This document shows, one piece after another, positions 11,809 through 21,916 of a stretch of 64,000 nt of DNA (position 1 is the first letter of the stretch; every line of letters starts with the position of its first letter). A model generated the notes under the pieces. The model did not search any database, was not told the DNA's origin, and saw only the letters and a program-made list of their open reading frames with translations. This stretch comes from Opitutales bacterium (GTDB lineage: Bacteria; Verrucomicrobiota; Verrucomicrobiia; Opitutales; UBA2987). The stretch is from contig CBDDEL010000012.1 of NCBI GenBank assembly GCA_965226885.1, forward strand, positions 224,001-288,000, read 5' to 3'. Both the position numbers and the translations under genes were made by a program.

Positions 11809-11973
11809 GCTGTTCCAACCCCGGGTTTCAAATATGAGGAAGAATTAAATGGATATTCCTTTCCGGCTAATTTTTCCAAACATGAAGCCGTATATTTTTC
11901 AAAGTAGATGACTTTGTCGATAAAAATGGCGAATTCTTTATTAATATTAGTATTTAAAAATGAGATAATTGAA

Positions 11974-12684
11974 TTACAAAGGATGTTTAATAAAAACCAT
12001 TAAATTGGATTTCAACCAGGGCAAAACCTTCAATTGGAGCTCTTTCCGAATGTCTTCGGTAAGAATTTCTTTGAATTGACACCCAACGGTATTGAATTTT
12101 TCGATCCAATATTTTCTAGGCTTCAAATTTATGTGGTGAAAACCGCCTTGTCTTGGTACTGCCGCGGTAAAAATAATTGTTCCGCCTTTTTGACATAGTT
12201 CTACTATTGTATTTACCATAGTATCGGCATATACGTCGTGGATGTGTTCGGCCACTTCCAGACAGAGCACAATTTCAAAACTATCCTTTGGCTGGAATGG
12301 CAGCCGCAAGTCATGCTTTTCGATAACAGGAACTATCGCTTGTTTAAGGGCGTTATCGGTGCCCTCCAGGCCGAAAACCCGCTTGGCGCCCATTTCTTTT
12401 AATAATTGCAAGTAAATACCGATTCCACACCCGACATCGGCAACTGAATCAGGCTTAAATGAATCGTATATTACTTGGCAAAATGTTCGGATATCGGCAT
12501 TCCAATCCCCGCTTTTTCTTTGCGCGAACCAGTCTTCAGGATACAATTGGTTCAAATCATTCCACTTAAATCGATCTCTCCATCGTTGTAAGAATGTAAT
12601 AAATATCCTATAAACATATGAAAATGAAACTCTCCTTATTTTTCTATATAAGGAATTTATTTTCAAATTTTGACGATAAAACAT
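11974..12684 (-). CDS. Class I SAM-dependent methyltransferase
   Basis: VADVGCGIG, LCLEVAEHI, FTAAVPRQGGFHHIN. Confidence 0.88.
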   Translation of the reverse strand: MFYRQNLKINSLYRKIRRVSFSYVYRIFITFLQRWRDRFKWNDLNQLYPEDWFAQRKSGDWNADIRTFCQVIYDSFKPDSVADVGCGIGIYLQLLKEMGAKRVFGLEGTDNALKQAIVPVIEKHDLRLPFQPKDSFEIVLCLEVAEHIHDVYADTMVNTIVELCQKGGTIIFTAAVPRQGGFHHINLKPRKYWIEKFNTVGCQFKEILTEDIRKELQLKVLPWLKSNLMVFIKHPL

Positions 12685-12840
12685 GGGTGGGATTACTAGA
12701 GGCAGTATGAGATATAGTCTCAGAACCCAAATCGGTTAAGGGTACGGCGGAGCTGGAATAATTGGATCCCATCCTTTTCGTGTTCAAGACAACTTGCTAT
12801 ATTGACAATTAGCATAAATATGTTGAAGAGAATGCAGTAG

Positions 12841-13779
12841 TCAGTTTCGTCTGATAAAGCACCCGATGGCAGCCGCGAGCTTAACCCGTAAGCGATTAAG
12901 CAGAAGTGATGTTTTTGAATATAAACGGATGGGTGCCTCGACATATTGCCAATAAGCCTTATCCGCACGCGTCGGTGGCTCGCCTCTCAAGGCACAGCGC
13001 AGATAGGGTTTATTCCACGGTTTCTTTGCACCCACAGCATGTGACATAACCATCCCGCCTGGAACAAATTCCATACTTTCGGGACCCATGGTCGAGAGAG
13101 AATACGGCGTAGCCATGGCCATCATGTTCATGGTATCCTGATCAAAACCCCAATATACATCCGTACGATGTATGGCCGGCCATCCGTTTAAAACATCCAG
13201 CTCCCCTTGCAATGATTTGTTAATAAGGGACTCCCAAATTTCAAGCGCCTCAAACGATTCTCTGGCCAGTCCGATAAAACCCGAATTATAATAAACATTG
13301 AGTTCTCTGTGGGTGGAATAGCCCTGGCCATCTAGATATCGCTTCCAATGCAATCTCACCGGATGATCGGCCGGCATACAGCCATTTACATCCTGACAAA
13401 GCGCAATCCCCAATCGCACCCAATCTTCAAAGAACGACCACTGGCAATTGATAACGATGTCAGGGTCGAAATAAAAGATGGAATCAGCGACCGGCTCAAA
13501 ATCACGAATGATCCGCCTCATCCACTCCGGCTTGTAGGCAGCCAGATGCATATCCGTAGTGAGGTTGACGAATCGAACCGTTAACTCTTCATTTATATTC
13601 AGCTGGAGGTACTCGCCCTGATCGTTAGCGCTGCCAGCCCACGGTGGAAGTTCACCGCGAAAACCTACATACACAACTCCCCTGTATCCATTTTGATACA
13701 ACGAATTAATCCATACGCCCACGCCGTAGTGGTAATTCTTTTCAAAAAGGGTGCAGGCAATTGAATGGTGATTTTTCAC
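12841..13779 (-). CDS. Putative GT-A fold (GT8-like) polysaccharide biosynthesis protein
   Basis: FYFDPDI DxD motif, YYNSGFIG, DQDTMN, HAVGAKKPW. Confidence 0.65.
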   Translation of the reverse strand: MKNHHSIACTLFEKNYHYGVGVWINSLYQNGYRGVVYVGFRGELPPWAGSANDQGEYLQLNINEELTVRFVNLTTDMHLAAYKPEWMRRIIRDFEPVADSIFYFDPDIVINCQWSFFEDWVRLGIALCQDVNGCMPADHPVRLHWKRYLDGQGYSTHRELNVYYNSGFIGLARESFEALEIWESLINKSLQGELDVLNGWPAIHRTDVYWGFDQDTMNMMAMATPYSLSTMGPESMEFVPGGMVMSHAVGAKKPWNKPYLRCALRGEPPTRADKAYWQYVEAPIRLYSKTSLLLNRLRVKLAAAIGCFIRRN

Positions 13780-13798
13780 ATGTTCTAAATCTGTTTAG

Positions 13799-15374
13799 CC
13801 CGGATATTTCATGAAGGGTAAAGTTTGGCTCGTTATTGCTATTGGAGATGGATTTCTTTGTATTTTGAGCAGATCGTCTTGATTTTTAGGTGTTTTTCAG
13901 GGTGTAGAGACACTGCCCCCTTTCCCCCATTGGTTCGGTAGTGCCGGGGGCAGCACCAATGCACCCTTTAGGTTGGCACCAATCGGCGGGCCGCATGGTT
14001 GAAAAGACTGGCCCAAGGATAACTCTCACTTAGGTGAAAGTGAATCGTTCGGGTGTTGCGCACGATGACCGCTCCGATCTTGATTAATTTGAGCCGCAGG
14101 AGGGTGTGGCATTGGGCCCGCGCCCACTTCGTCCCTTTTAAGGCTAACCGGCGCATGGCTTCCATCAAGGTGTAGGCCAGCGCCGACAAGAGCAATCGGC
14201 ACTGATTGGCCCACCATTGATGGGCGCTGGTGCGCTCGCTGAACAATTGCATCTGTTCCTTGATTCGGTTCTCCATTTCACCGCGGCCACAGTATACCTT
14301 GTCGTAAAGCTCCTGGGGATCGCCCGGCAGGTTCGTCACCACGAAGCGCGGGTTGGACCCCTGTGCGGTGTGTTCGGCTTTATGGATGACCAACCGCAGC
14401 CATCGCCACGAATCGGCAGCATAGACGAAGTCCTGGAATAACCGTTGTTTTTTACCCCTTAGTTCGAACCATTCTTTGGCCTGCTTTTGCAACTGCTGGG
14501 CGTCTTGCTGCAAGCGTGCATTGCGAGCCATCCCCACGATGTAACTAACTTCGTTGCGGTCGCACCAAGAGAGTATCCGGCCTCGACAAAATCCACTGTC
14601 GGCGCGCCAAATAATCCGCGTACGGGGCCAGCTTTGGCGAATCCGTTTAACCAGCAATTTGAGGATGGCCCCGGCATGCTTGCTGGCATCGATCTTGCTC
14701 GGCCGCAGGTAGGCCACCAGCAGCTGATCACCGCAAAAAACATATAGCGGCAGAAAACAGTGATGATCATAATAACCGTGGAAAAACCGTCCCTCCTGGA
14801 GCCCGTGCACCGGATTGTCGGTGGCGTCAAAGTCCAGGATGATCTCTTCGGGTTCCTCGGCAAAGGAGCCCATGAACTGTTCGACCAACAGCTCGTTTAC
14901 CGCAAAGGCCGCCCGCCGATCCTGCCCGTTTTCAAAACGACACAAAGTCGGCGCGCTGGCCAACGTTTCAATGCGCCCCGTTACCGTTTGCAACAATGGA
15001 TCGTGGCGCAGGGTATCAAAGTCGTTCAAATCCTCATAGCCCGCCACCAGCCCGTAAACGCGCTGCCGCAGCATCCCCAATACCTCATGGCGTACTTTGC
15101 CCTTCTGCCGTTTGTCCACTAACTGTCGGGCCGCTCGTTCGGTCAAGCCCAACTGCCGATCCACTTCCCGGATCAAAAGCAGTCCGGCATCCGAAGTAAC
15201 CTCTCCGCCCTTGAAATCAACCCGCACACGGCGGCCTTTTACCCTTGTCAACTGTAGCTTTAATTGTTTACCTTTTGTCATCGCTGATATTGCTTTAATT
15301 ATTGATCTATCCTGCTGTATATCAGCAGTTAAGCATATCAACGATAACGATACTTTTTTTACGAAATATCCGGG
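13799..15374 (-). mobile_element. IS1380-family insertion sequence, copy 2 (diverged isoform, 1576 bp)
   Basis: IRs CCCGGATATTTC / GAAATATCCGGG; 4-bp TSD TTAG on both sides. Confidence 0.95.
13968..15281 (-). CDS. IS1380-family DDE transposase
   Basis: Paralog of 4868-6178 with the same motifs; start assigned by alignment to copy 1. Confidence 0.93.
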   Translation of the reverse strand: MTKGKQLKLQLTRVKGRRVRVDFKGGEVTSDAGLLLIREVDRQLGLTERAARQLVDKRQKGKVRHEVLGMLRQRVYGLVAGYEDLNDFDTLRHDPLLQTVTGRIETLASAPTLCRFENGQDRRAAFAVNELLVEQFMGSFAEEPEEIILDFDATDNPVHGLQEGRFFHGYYDHHCFLPLYVFCGDQLLVAYLRPSKIDASKHAGAILKLLVKRIRQSWPRTRIIWRADSGFCRGRILSWCDRNEVSYIVGMARNARLQQDAQQLQKQAKEWFELRGKKQRLFQDFVYAADSWRWLRLVIHKAEHTAQGSNPRFVVTNLPGDPQELYDKVYCGRGEMENRIKEQMQLFSERTSAHQWWANQCRLLLSALAYTLMEAMRRLALKGTKWARAQCHTLLRLKLIKIGAVIVRNTRTIHFHLSESYPWASLFNHAARRLVPT

Positions 15375-15441
15375 TTAGGGGAATGCCTGAAAAGTGACAA
15401 AAGACAGGCAAGGATTGAAATGAAAAGGAAGTGGACCGAGT

Positions 15442-16243
15442 GGTAGTGTATAAAAAAAGAATGTTATTTTGTATTTTTAGCTGTACAAATAGCGTTAGGC
15501 AGTTTATTCTTAGTGCATGGTTACTAAAATTATTAATTGTCGGCACTGTGGAAGTGAAAATATCATTAAATTTGGCAAGACGCCCAACCATAAACAGCGC
15601 TACCGCTGCCATGATTGTGGTAAACAAAGCCGCGAAAACCCCACAGTGAAATACACCGAAGAGCAAAAAGAAATGATCCTTCGAGTCTATCAGGAACGCA
15701 GCAGTCTACGCGGTTTACAGCGCGCCTTCGGGGTGAGTCCCAACACCGTTTTGAGTTGGTTAAAAAAAACGACAATCGCTGCGACCGCTCAAAAGCACGA
15801 TTCTTGCGGCCCGCCGCCATGATGTCATTGAACTGGACGAACTGTGGTCTTTTGTGGGGCGCAAGAGCGATGCCCAATGGGTTTGGATCGCTCTTTGCCG
15901 ACGCACCCGTCAAATCCTCTCCTATGCCATTGGGCCTCGGGATTGGTATCGTTGCCGGGAACTTTACGAGCGTCTGCCACGGGCCTACAAAAGATGTGCC
16001 ACCTACAGCGACTTTTGGAGCACTTATGATGAAGTCTTTCCTCATAACCGCTCCGTGGGAAAAGAAACCGGTGAAACGGCCCATGTGGAACGATGGAACA
16101 ATACCCTGCGCCAACGACTGGGTCGTTTCACACGCAAAACCCTCTCCTTTTCCAAGCTTAAGAGTATGCATGAAACCTGTCTGAGACTTTTCATTCATCA
16201 ATATAATCAAGAATTAGCCACCATTCCTACTTAATACACTACC
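15442..16243 (+). mobile_element. IS1-family insertion sequence, copy 2 (802 bp)
   Basis: Near-identical to 7111-7912, opposite orientation; TSD GACCGAGT / GACCGATT (one mismatch). Confidence 0.95.
15517..16234 (+). CDS. insAB: IS1 transposase InsA/InsB joined by -1 frameshift
   Basis: Same InsA/InsB organisation and A8C slippery site as copy 1. Confidence 0.9.
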
Positions 16244-16387
16244 GACCGATTCGGGCTTAATCTTCCAGGCTTTCAAGTAATAAGCAAATGCTGCACGGGG
16301 CGACTTTCGGAAATTCATTTTGCCGGCATTGGCGAAAGCTTCCGATGTTGTTCTTTTTCTCAGAGATTTGGGCAGTTCCAGCCAATT

Positions 16388-17505
16388 TATTAATCCGGCA
16401 AATAAATAGTGACATATCAATAACTTATGCTAAAGTAGGTTCATGAATAGGAATGATGCGCGTTCACTAAGCGAAGAGACTATATATGAGCTGAGGTGTC
16501 GGGCGGTGGATCTGAAAAGAGAGGGTTGCACTTATGAAGAGGTTTCCGTGGTTTTAAAGGTATCGATCAGCGCTGTGCGCAAATGGTGGGCCCTTTACCG
16601 AAATGGAGGGCCAAAAGCCCTGCGGCTTGGACAACGGGGCCGTCGGCAGGGCCAATGTCGAAGATTGAGCTCCCAACAAGAGCGCATGGTGTGCCGAATG
16701 ATTACCGATAAGAGACCCGACCAGCTTAAGATGCCCTTTGCCCTGTGGACGCGCCAAGCGGTGCAAGAGTTGATTGAAAGGCAGTTTGCTTTGAAGATGC
16801 CGATCCGCACGGTGGGCGAGTATCTTCGCCGTTGGGGTTTCACTCCACAAAAACCTCGAAGACAAGCCTATGAGCAGCAGCCTGAGGCGATTAAGAAGTG
16901 GCTTGATCAAACTTACCCGGCCATCGAAGCCAGAGCCAAAGCGCAACAGGCCCAAATCCACTGGGGAGATGAAACCGGCATCAGTAGCGAAGATCATCGG
17001 GGAAGAGGTTATGCTCCGCGCGGTAAAACGCCAGTTGCCAAACGCAGTGCGCGTCGTTTTAGCACGAGCATGATCTCGACTATAACCAACCGTGGAAAGC
17101 TGCGTTTCATGGTTTACAAGGGAGCCTTGAATGTGGAACTGTTTATCAAATTTCTGCGCCAGTTAATCAAAGGAGCCAAACGGAAAATCTTTCTCATTGT
17201 GGACAATCTGAGAGTGCATCATGCTAAAAAAGTAACCGGTTGGATTGAAGCCCACCGCGATAGGATCGAGATTTTTTATCTACCATCTTACAGTCCCGAA
17301 TTGAACCCCGATGAGTATTTGAATAACACGGTCAAAGCCAACTTGAAGAACCTGCCGGCCCCGCGCAGCCAAATTGAGTTGCAGGGAAGTCTGCGAACCC
17401 ACCTGCGCAGCAGGCAACGAAAACCAATTCTGATTAAAAAACTCTTCCATCATCGGGATGTTCAATACGCCGCTTAACTGTTACTATTCAATTGCCGGAT
17501 TAATA
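16388..17505 (+). mobile_element. IS630-family insertion sequence (coordinates include TA duplication)
   Basis: IRs TATTAATCCGGCAA..AATAGT / ACTATT..TTGCCGGATTAATA; TA target duplication. Confidence 0.95.
16443..17477 (+). CDS. IS630 transposase
   Basis: HTH, WGFTPQKP, WGDETG, IVDNLRVH, LPSYSPELNPDE. Confidence 0.95.
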   Translation: MNRNDARSLSEETIYELRCRAVDLKREGCTYEEVSVVLKVSISAVRKWWALYRNGGPKALRLGQRGRRQGQCRRLSSQQERMVCRMITDKRPDQLKMPFALWTRQAVQELIERQFALKMPIRTVGEYLRRWGFTPQKPRRQAYEQQPEAIKKWLDQTYPAIEARAKAQQAQIHWGDETGISSEDHRGRGYAPRGKTPVAKRSARRFSTSMISTITNRGKLRFMVYKGALNVELFIKFLRQLIKGAKRKIFLIVDNLRVHHAKKVTGWIEAHRDRIEIFYLPSYSPELNPDEYLNNTVKANLKNLPAPRSQIELQGSLRTHLRSRQRKPILIKKLFHHRDVQYAA

Positions 17506-18202
17506 GATGCTTTTCGTAGGCCCTCGCCGTATAGTGGACCATCTTGAGGCTGTTTTCCGACAGGGCGTCGCCATGTTTACGGTAAAGACAAGTCTGGGTA
17601 CCCGTGTAGGCGAAACGGAAACCATTGCTTACTGCCCGAAACCAGAATTCCATGTCCTCAACGCTGAGCATTTCATCATCAAATCCACCCACAGATTCAA
17701 AAACCCGCCGGTGAATGACGGCTGACGAGGGCTGGATGATGTATCGATGCAAATACAGGGATAGCGGAAAATCACTAACGTCTTGAGGGGAAGGCGCTCT
17801 TATCGAGATTTTCTTTCCAGTTTCACTTTCAAACAGAATCGAACCTGAATGAACGATCGCCGTATCTGGATCCTTGAAAATATTTACTACAGTTTCAAGA
17901 TGCTCCGGTTTCCAGCAATCGTCGGAATCAAGAAATGCCAGGAGAGGAGATGAAGCCGTTCTGATACATGTATTACGTGTCGCGCTGAGCCCCATGTTTT
18001 GCGAATGCCTCTGGTAAGTTACTGATTGAGCAACCTTTTTCGCAAAGTCGTTAACAATTTCTTCAGTCCGGTCTTTGGACCCGTCCTCCGTTACGATCAT
18101 ATCCCAATTCAGGAAGGACTGATTCCGGACCGAATCCAAGGTCTCGGACAAATACTTGTCCGCATTATAGGCAGGAATGCAGATCGTCACTTCAGGCATG
18201 GC

Positions 18203-19123
18203 TTATGAAACAACTTTACGGTTTACGGGCGAAAATAATGAGAGGAATAACGAGGCGAGAAGGAAACCTGCGTAACGCAGATTCGAGCGCTGGAATTTCC
18301 ACGCTTCACGAAATTCCCCGCAGGCAGTCCAGGGTTCCTGCTTTCGAATGAGCCGCGCGCGCTGGAATAGGCTGTCGGCATAGCATTTTTTCCTCAAAGC
18401 CAAGGGTAAAAATTCGCTTTTCAAATGTTTGTGGTAAAAACGAACTTTATGCGAGGCGACAAGGCCTGTCCGGGCCATCGCGCTTTGCGGATGCTTTAAG
18501 TATTGGCAGGTTACTGCATCCACAAACCCTAATCTAAATCCCTGGGCCACCGCACGTATCCAGTAATCAAGATCTTCAGACACCTTGAGCCCGGTATCGA
18601 ATCCCCCGATACTTTCGTATATGCCACGCCGCATCATAATCAAGCTGGTGGTCTGAACGAAGTTGCTTTCAAACATGGAAGCTGGAGCGTTTTTAACATC
18701 GACCGGATCCGGCTTAATCGTGCCGACAACGCTGCCGGTTGCCTGAAGATAAATATCAAAGCCGCAATAGCAAATGTCACAGCCCTGACTGATAGTTTCA
18801 AGACCGCTTTTGATATGCTCGGGCGTCCACCAATCATCAGCGTCGAGAAATGCAAAAACATCGCCCCGGGCCATCTCCATGAGGCAGTTGCGAGTGGCGG
18901 AAACACCCAAGTTTTCCTCATTCCTTCTGTAGAACACCCGTTGTGATACACTTCGCTCAAATTCTCTCACTATTTCTTTCACGCCGTCATTTGAGCCATC
19001 TTCAACTATAAGCATCTCCCAATTGTCATGCAGCTGCGCTTTTACGCCGTTCAAGGCCTTCTCAATAAAGGGCGCAGCATTGTAAGCCGGGATCAATACA
19101 CTGACGAGTAGGGGCTTATTCAT
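18203..19123 (-). CDS. GT2 glycosyltransferase
   Basis: VSVLIPAYN, VEDGS, AFLDADD, SEDLDYW. Confidence 0.92.
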   Translation of the reverse strand: MNKPLLVSVLIPAYNAAPFIEKALNGVKAQLHDNWEMLIVEDGSNDGVKEIVREFERSVSQRVFYRRNEENLGVSATRNCLMEMARGDVFAFLDADDWWTPEHIKSGLETISQGCDICYCGFDIYLQATGSVVGTIKPDPVDVKNAPASMFESNFVQTTSLIMMRRGIYESIGGFDTGLKVSEDLDYWIRAVAQGFRLGFVDAVTCQYLKHPQSAMARTGLVASHKVRFYHKHLKSEFLPLALRKKCYADSLFQRARLIRKQEPWTACGEFREAWKFQRSNLRYAGFLLASLFLSLFSPVNRKVVS

Positions 19124-19294
19124 TCAATTTTTCAACGACACATTGGAAGACATATTCCTCACCGGTATGCCGATAAATTCGAGCCATGAAATACTGCCGC
19201 GCATGGAACTTCGGCGGGCAGGCGTGTAGAAAAACCGGCTGACCGCACCGCAACCAACAATGATAGCTTTAATTCTGGAATTTACCGTGCTCAT
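19124..19294 (-). pseudogene. Deletion remnant starting with a Gfo/Idh/MocA-like N-terminus
   Basis: MSTVNSRIKAIIVGCGAVSRFFYTPA (Rossmann GxGxxS start) then unrelated 30 aa and stop; only 56 aa. Confidence 0.55.
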
Positions 19295-19308
19295 ATAATG
19301 AAGAGCTC

Positions 19309-20238
19309 TTATACGACTCGGGGTTGGGAATTCCGATGGTAGCAGGTCGAATACAAGAAGGATAGAAACGTCCAAAAGATATATTTGGGATTGGCCGGGC
19401 TTAATTTGAGTAATTTACAAAAAGACTGAAACCCAAGAGCAGGTTGAATACGCCAATTCAATCTCCCATGAACATAAAGACTTTTTCTCAAATTTTGATT
19501 TCGTAATTTAATAGAAATCAAATCGTTGGAATAATTTTTCTCATAAAACCCCAACATCCCTTCAACCATCTTTAGCGTCTGCGCCATTGCGCTAGAAGTA
19601 TGCTTCCGGTAGTTATAGGAAGCATGTGGTGAATGTGCTACCTTGTAACCGTTAGCAATAATTTGCAGCCAAAAATCCAGGTCCTCACCATAAGAAAGTC
19701 CTTCATCAAACCTCAATCCTGAATCGACTATCTCCCTACGTATTAAAACTGACGGAACCATTATAAAATTATAGTTATAGATGCTATTCGGTATGTCCTT
19801 TAAGGCCTCCCCAGAAGGCAGTTCGTTCCTTTTTGTGTAATGTCCGACTTCATCAATGAAATTGTTGCCGGAGAAACACATACTCGCCTGTTCCCGCTCC
19901 AGCCATTTCAAGGTCAACTCTAAATGATCGCGTTCCCAAGTATCATCGGCATCCATAAAGGCTATGTATTCGCCTTCGGCTTTTTCCATTGCGCTGTTGC
20001 GGGTAAATGATACCCCGCAATTGGTTTCATTCCTGAACAAACGTAAAGGCTGACCATTTGGCGTCCGCAACTGCTTAATAATATCGGCGGTATTGTCGAA
20101 TACACCGTCTTCCCACAGAATGATTTCCCAACGCGGGTATGTCTGCTGAAAAATCGATTCCAGAGATTCTACTATATATATTTCAGCTTTGTGAGCTGGG
20201 ATGACAATACTGATGAGTGGTAGCGTAGGATCGTTCAC
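19309..20238 (-). CDS. GT2 glycosyltransferase
   Basis: ISIVIPAH, AFMDADD, GEDLDFW. Confidence 0.9.
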   Translation of the reverse strand: MNDPTLPLISIVIPAHKAEIYIVESLESIFQQTYPRWEIILWEDGVFDNTADIIKQLRTPNGQPLRLFRNETNCGVSFTRNSAMEKAEGEYIAFMDADDTWERDHLELTLKWLEREQASMCFSGNNFIDEVGHYTKRNELPSGEALKDIPNSIYNYNFIMVPSVLIRREIVDSGLRFDEGLSYGEDLDFWLQIIANGYKVAHSPHASYNYRKHTSSAMAQTLKMVEGMLGFYEKNYSNDLISIKLRNQNLRKSLYVHGRLNWRIQPALGFQSFCKLLKLSPANPKYIFWTFLSFLYSTCYHRNSQPRVV

Positions 20239-20294
20239 GGAAAAAGTCGTGTTTTAGGCGGTCAGATCATACCCGGTTCAAGGGATGTGACCAA

Positions 20295-21254
20295 TCAACA
20301 AGTATCCACAGATTCATTGTCAGTTCTGTTTCGGAAGTTATTCACGATTTCCAAGGCTTTTTTACGACCCCGGATTTCAGCAAGATAGAAGATCTTATTC
20401 CTGTGAGGTAGCCTCCAAGCACTGAATCTTTGAAGCAGAGCCTGCCAGAGAGGCCGCCGGTCAACCGGAGGAAACTTGCCTCGAAGAGCTTCGAGTATTA
20501 CGGTTGAGCAGAAGATACCTTCGACCAACCTGACTAAGTATTCTTCGGTAAGACGCTCGGGGGGAATAATGTGAGTCAACTCAAGATTTTTGAATCTGCC
20601 CACACCAAGACCAAGATCACAGGCACATAGCGCAAGATCGGTGTCTTCCCCTGAAATTACAGAATCTCCTTTTCGCCCAAGGAGCATATGGTTGGAATCC
20701 CGAGCGACATTGTCCAGATAGGCTTCCCAAACTTTACGACGAATAAACATACCAGCACAGGTCGGTGTCGATCCGTACTGATAATGCAAGTTGGTCCAGA
20801 GGTCTGTCTTGAGGGGAAGAATAGCGAGGTAGCACCACCATTGCTTAGTCCATTCAGGAGGCTCTGATTCGAACTCGGGCAAGAGTTGGCCACCCCAACA
20901 GCCGAGTATCGGCCATTCCTTGCTTTTTCGCAGGCCTTTCTCGATGTAGTCAGGCGCAAGTAAATTGTCGTCATCGACATATAGAATCAGTTCCGCCTTT
21001 GCTTCCTTCATGCCACGAATGCGCGCCTGCACAATGCCCAACTTGTCTTCACGAACGTGACGTTCATTCGGATGCCAGGAGAGATCGAAATGATTTTTGA
21101 CGAGTTCGGAACTAGCGTTGTCGATGAGTATTAGCTCCCATTCGTCAAGAGGACTAGTCTGTTTTCTTAGCGCATCAAGCGTACGCTCCAAGAAATCTCG
21201 CCTTGGATTATGAGTGCAGATAACGACGCTTAAAGAAAACGTATTATTAATCAT
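20295..21254 (-). CDS. GT2 glycosyltransferase
   Basis: SVVICTHN, IDNAS, YVDDDN, SGEDTDL. Confidence 0.92.
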   Translation of the reverse strand: MINNTFSLSVVICTHNPRRDFLERTLDALRKQTSPLDEWELILIDNASSELVKNHFDLSWHPNERHVREDKLGIVQARIRGMKEAKAELILYVDDDNLLAPDYIEKGLRKSKEWPILGCWGGQLLPEFESEPPEWTKQWWCYLAILPLKTDLWTNLHYQYGSTPTCAGMFIRRKVWEAYLDNVARDSNHMLLGRKGDSVISGEDTDLALCACDLGLGVGRFKNLELTHIIPPERLTEEYLVRLVEGIFCSTVILEALRGKFPPVDRRPLWQALLQRFSAWRLPHRNKIFYLAEIRGRKKALEIVNNFRNRTDNESVDTC

Positions 21255-21865
21255 ACAAACTCTTTGTCATAACCTCTTCGAAAATTGTCCGAACAATTAA
21301 TCTCCTTAATAACTTTAGCGGGATTACCACCTGCCAGACATTTCTCCGGAAGGCTTTTGGTTACAACGGAACCAGCAGCAATAACGGAGTGATTTCCGAT
21401 GGCCACACCCGGAAGTATAATAGAGCCTCTTCCCAACCAAACATTTCTGCCAATGATAACGGGCGCTCTTTTGATCGATTCGTTTTCTCCGATTTCGTGG
21501 AAGCTAGTATCGTAGATGCACACACAGTCTCCAATAAGGGTGTGCGAACCGATCTCGACCCGTTCGGAGACGGCGATATTGACGCCCTCATTGATATATA
21601 CGTTATCTCCAAGAAGAAGCCGTCCGGAAGCGTAGATTCTAAAACTCGTTCGATACTGCTCACAATTGACCTGAAAGTCATTACCGATGCGGAATGAATT
21701 CTGGTTCTTAATGATCGGCTTTTTTCCGAATATCCTCGGGCGTGCGCCGATTTTGACCCCATGCCTCTTGAAATATGATAGTATAAATGCGCTCTCCACG
21801 GCGTCGATTATACCGCTGACTCTCTTTCTAAGCAAAAGCATGCCTTTTTTTTGGTCAATAGCCAT
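21251..21865 (-). CDS. Hexapeptide-repeat O-acyltransferase
   Basis: PVIIGRNVWLG..SIILPGVAIGNHSVIAAGSVVTK..GGNPAKVIK. Confidence 0.92.
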   Translation of the reverse strand: MAIDQKKGMLLLRKRVSGIIDAVESAFILSYFKRHGVKIGARPRIFGKKPIIKNQNSFRIGNDFQVNCEQYRTSFRIYASGRLLLGDNVYINEGVNIAVSERVEIGSHTLIGDCVCIYDTSFHEIGENESIKRAPVIIGRNVWLGRGSIILPGVAIGNHSVIAAGSVVTKSLPEKCLAGGNPAKVIKEINCSDNFRRGYDKEFV

Positions 21866-21916
21866 GAGACTTCAGAGTTGTCACGTTAAATGGCTCTTGA
21901 TTGAAAAGATACAGGT

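Larger units (their letters stand above)
13785..18199 (-). pseudogene. GT2 glycosyltransferase interrupted by three ISs (IS630, IS1, IS1380)
   Basis: VTICIPAYN..EDGS..AFLDSDD..VED; removing all three ISs and TSDs gives continuous ...YEKHL|NWLELP...KIKPESV|HFLF...RHSP|KQI*. Confidence 0.9.

Noticed and set aside
7111..16243. IS1 composite transposon
   Set aside because: Each copy has its own TSD and interrupts a resident gene, so these are independent insertions.
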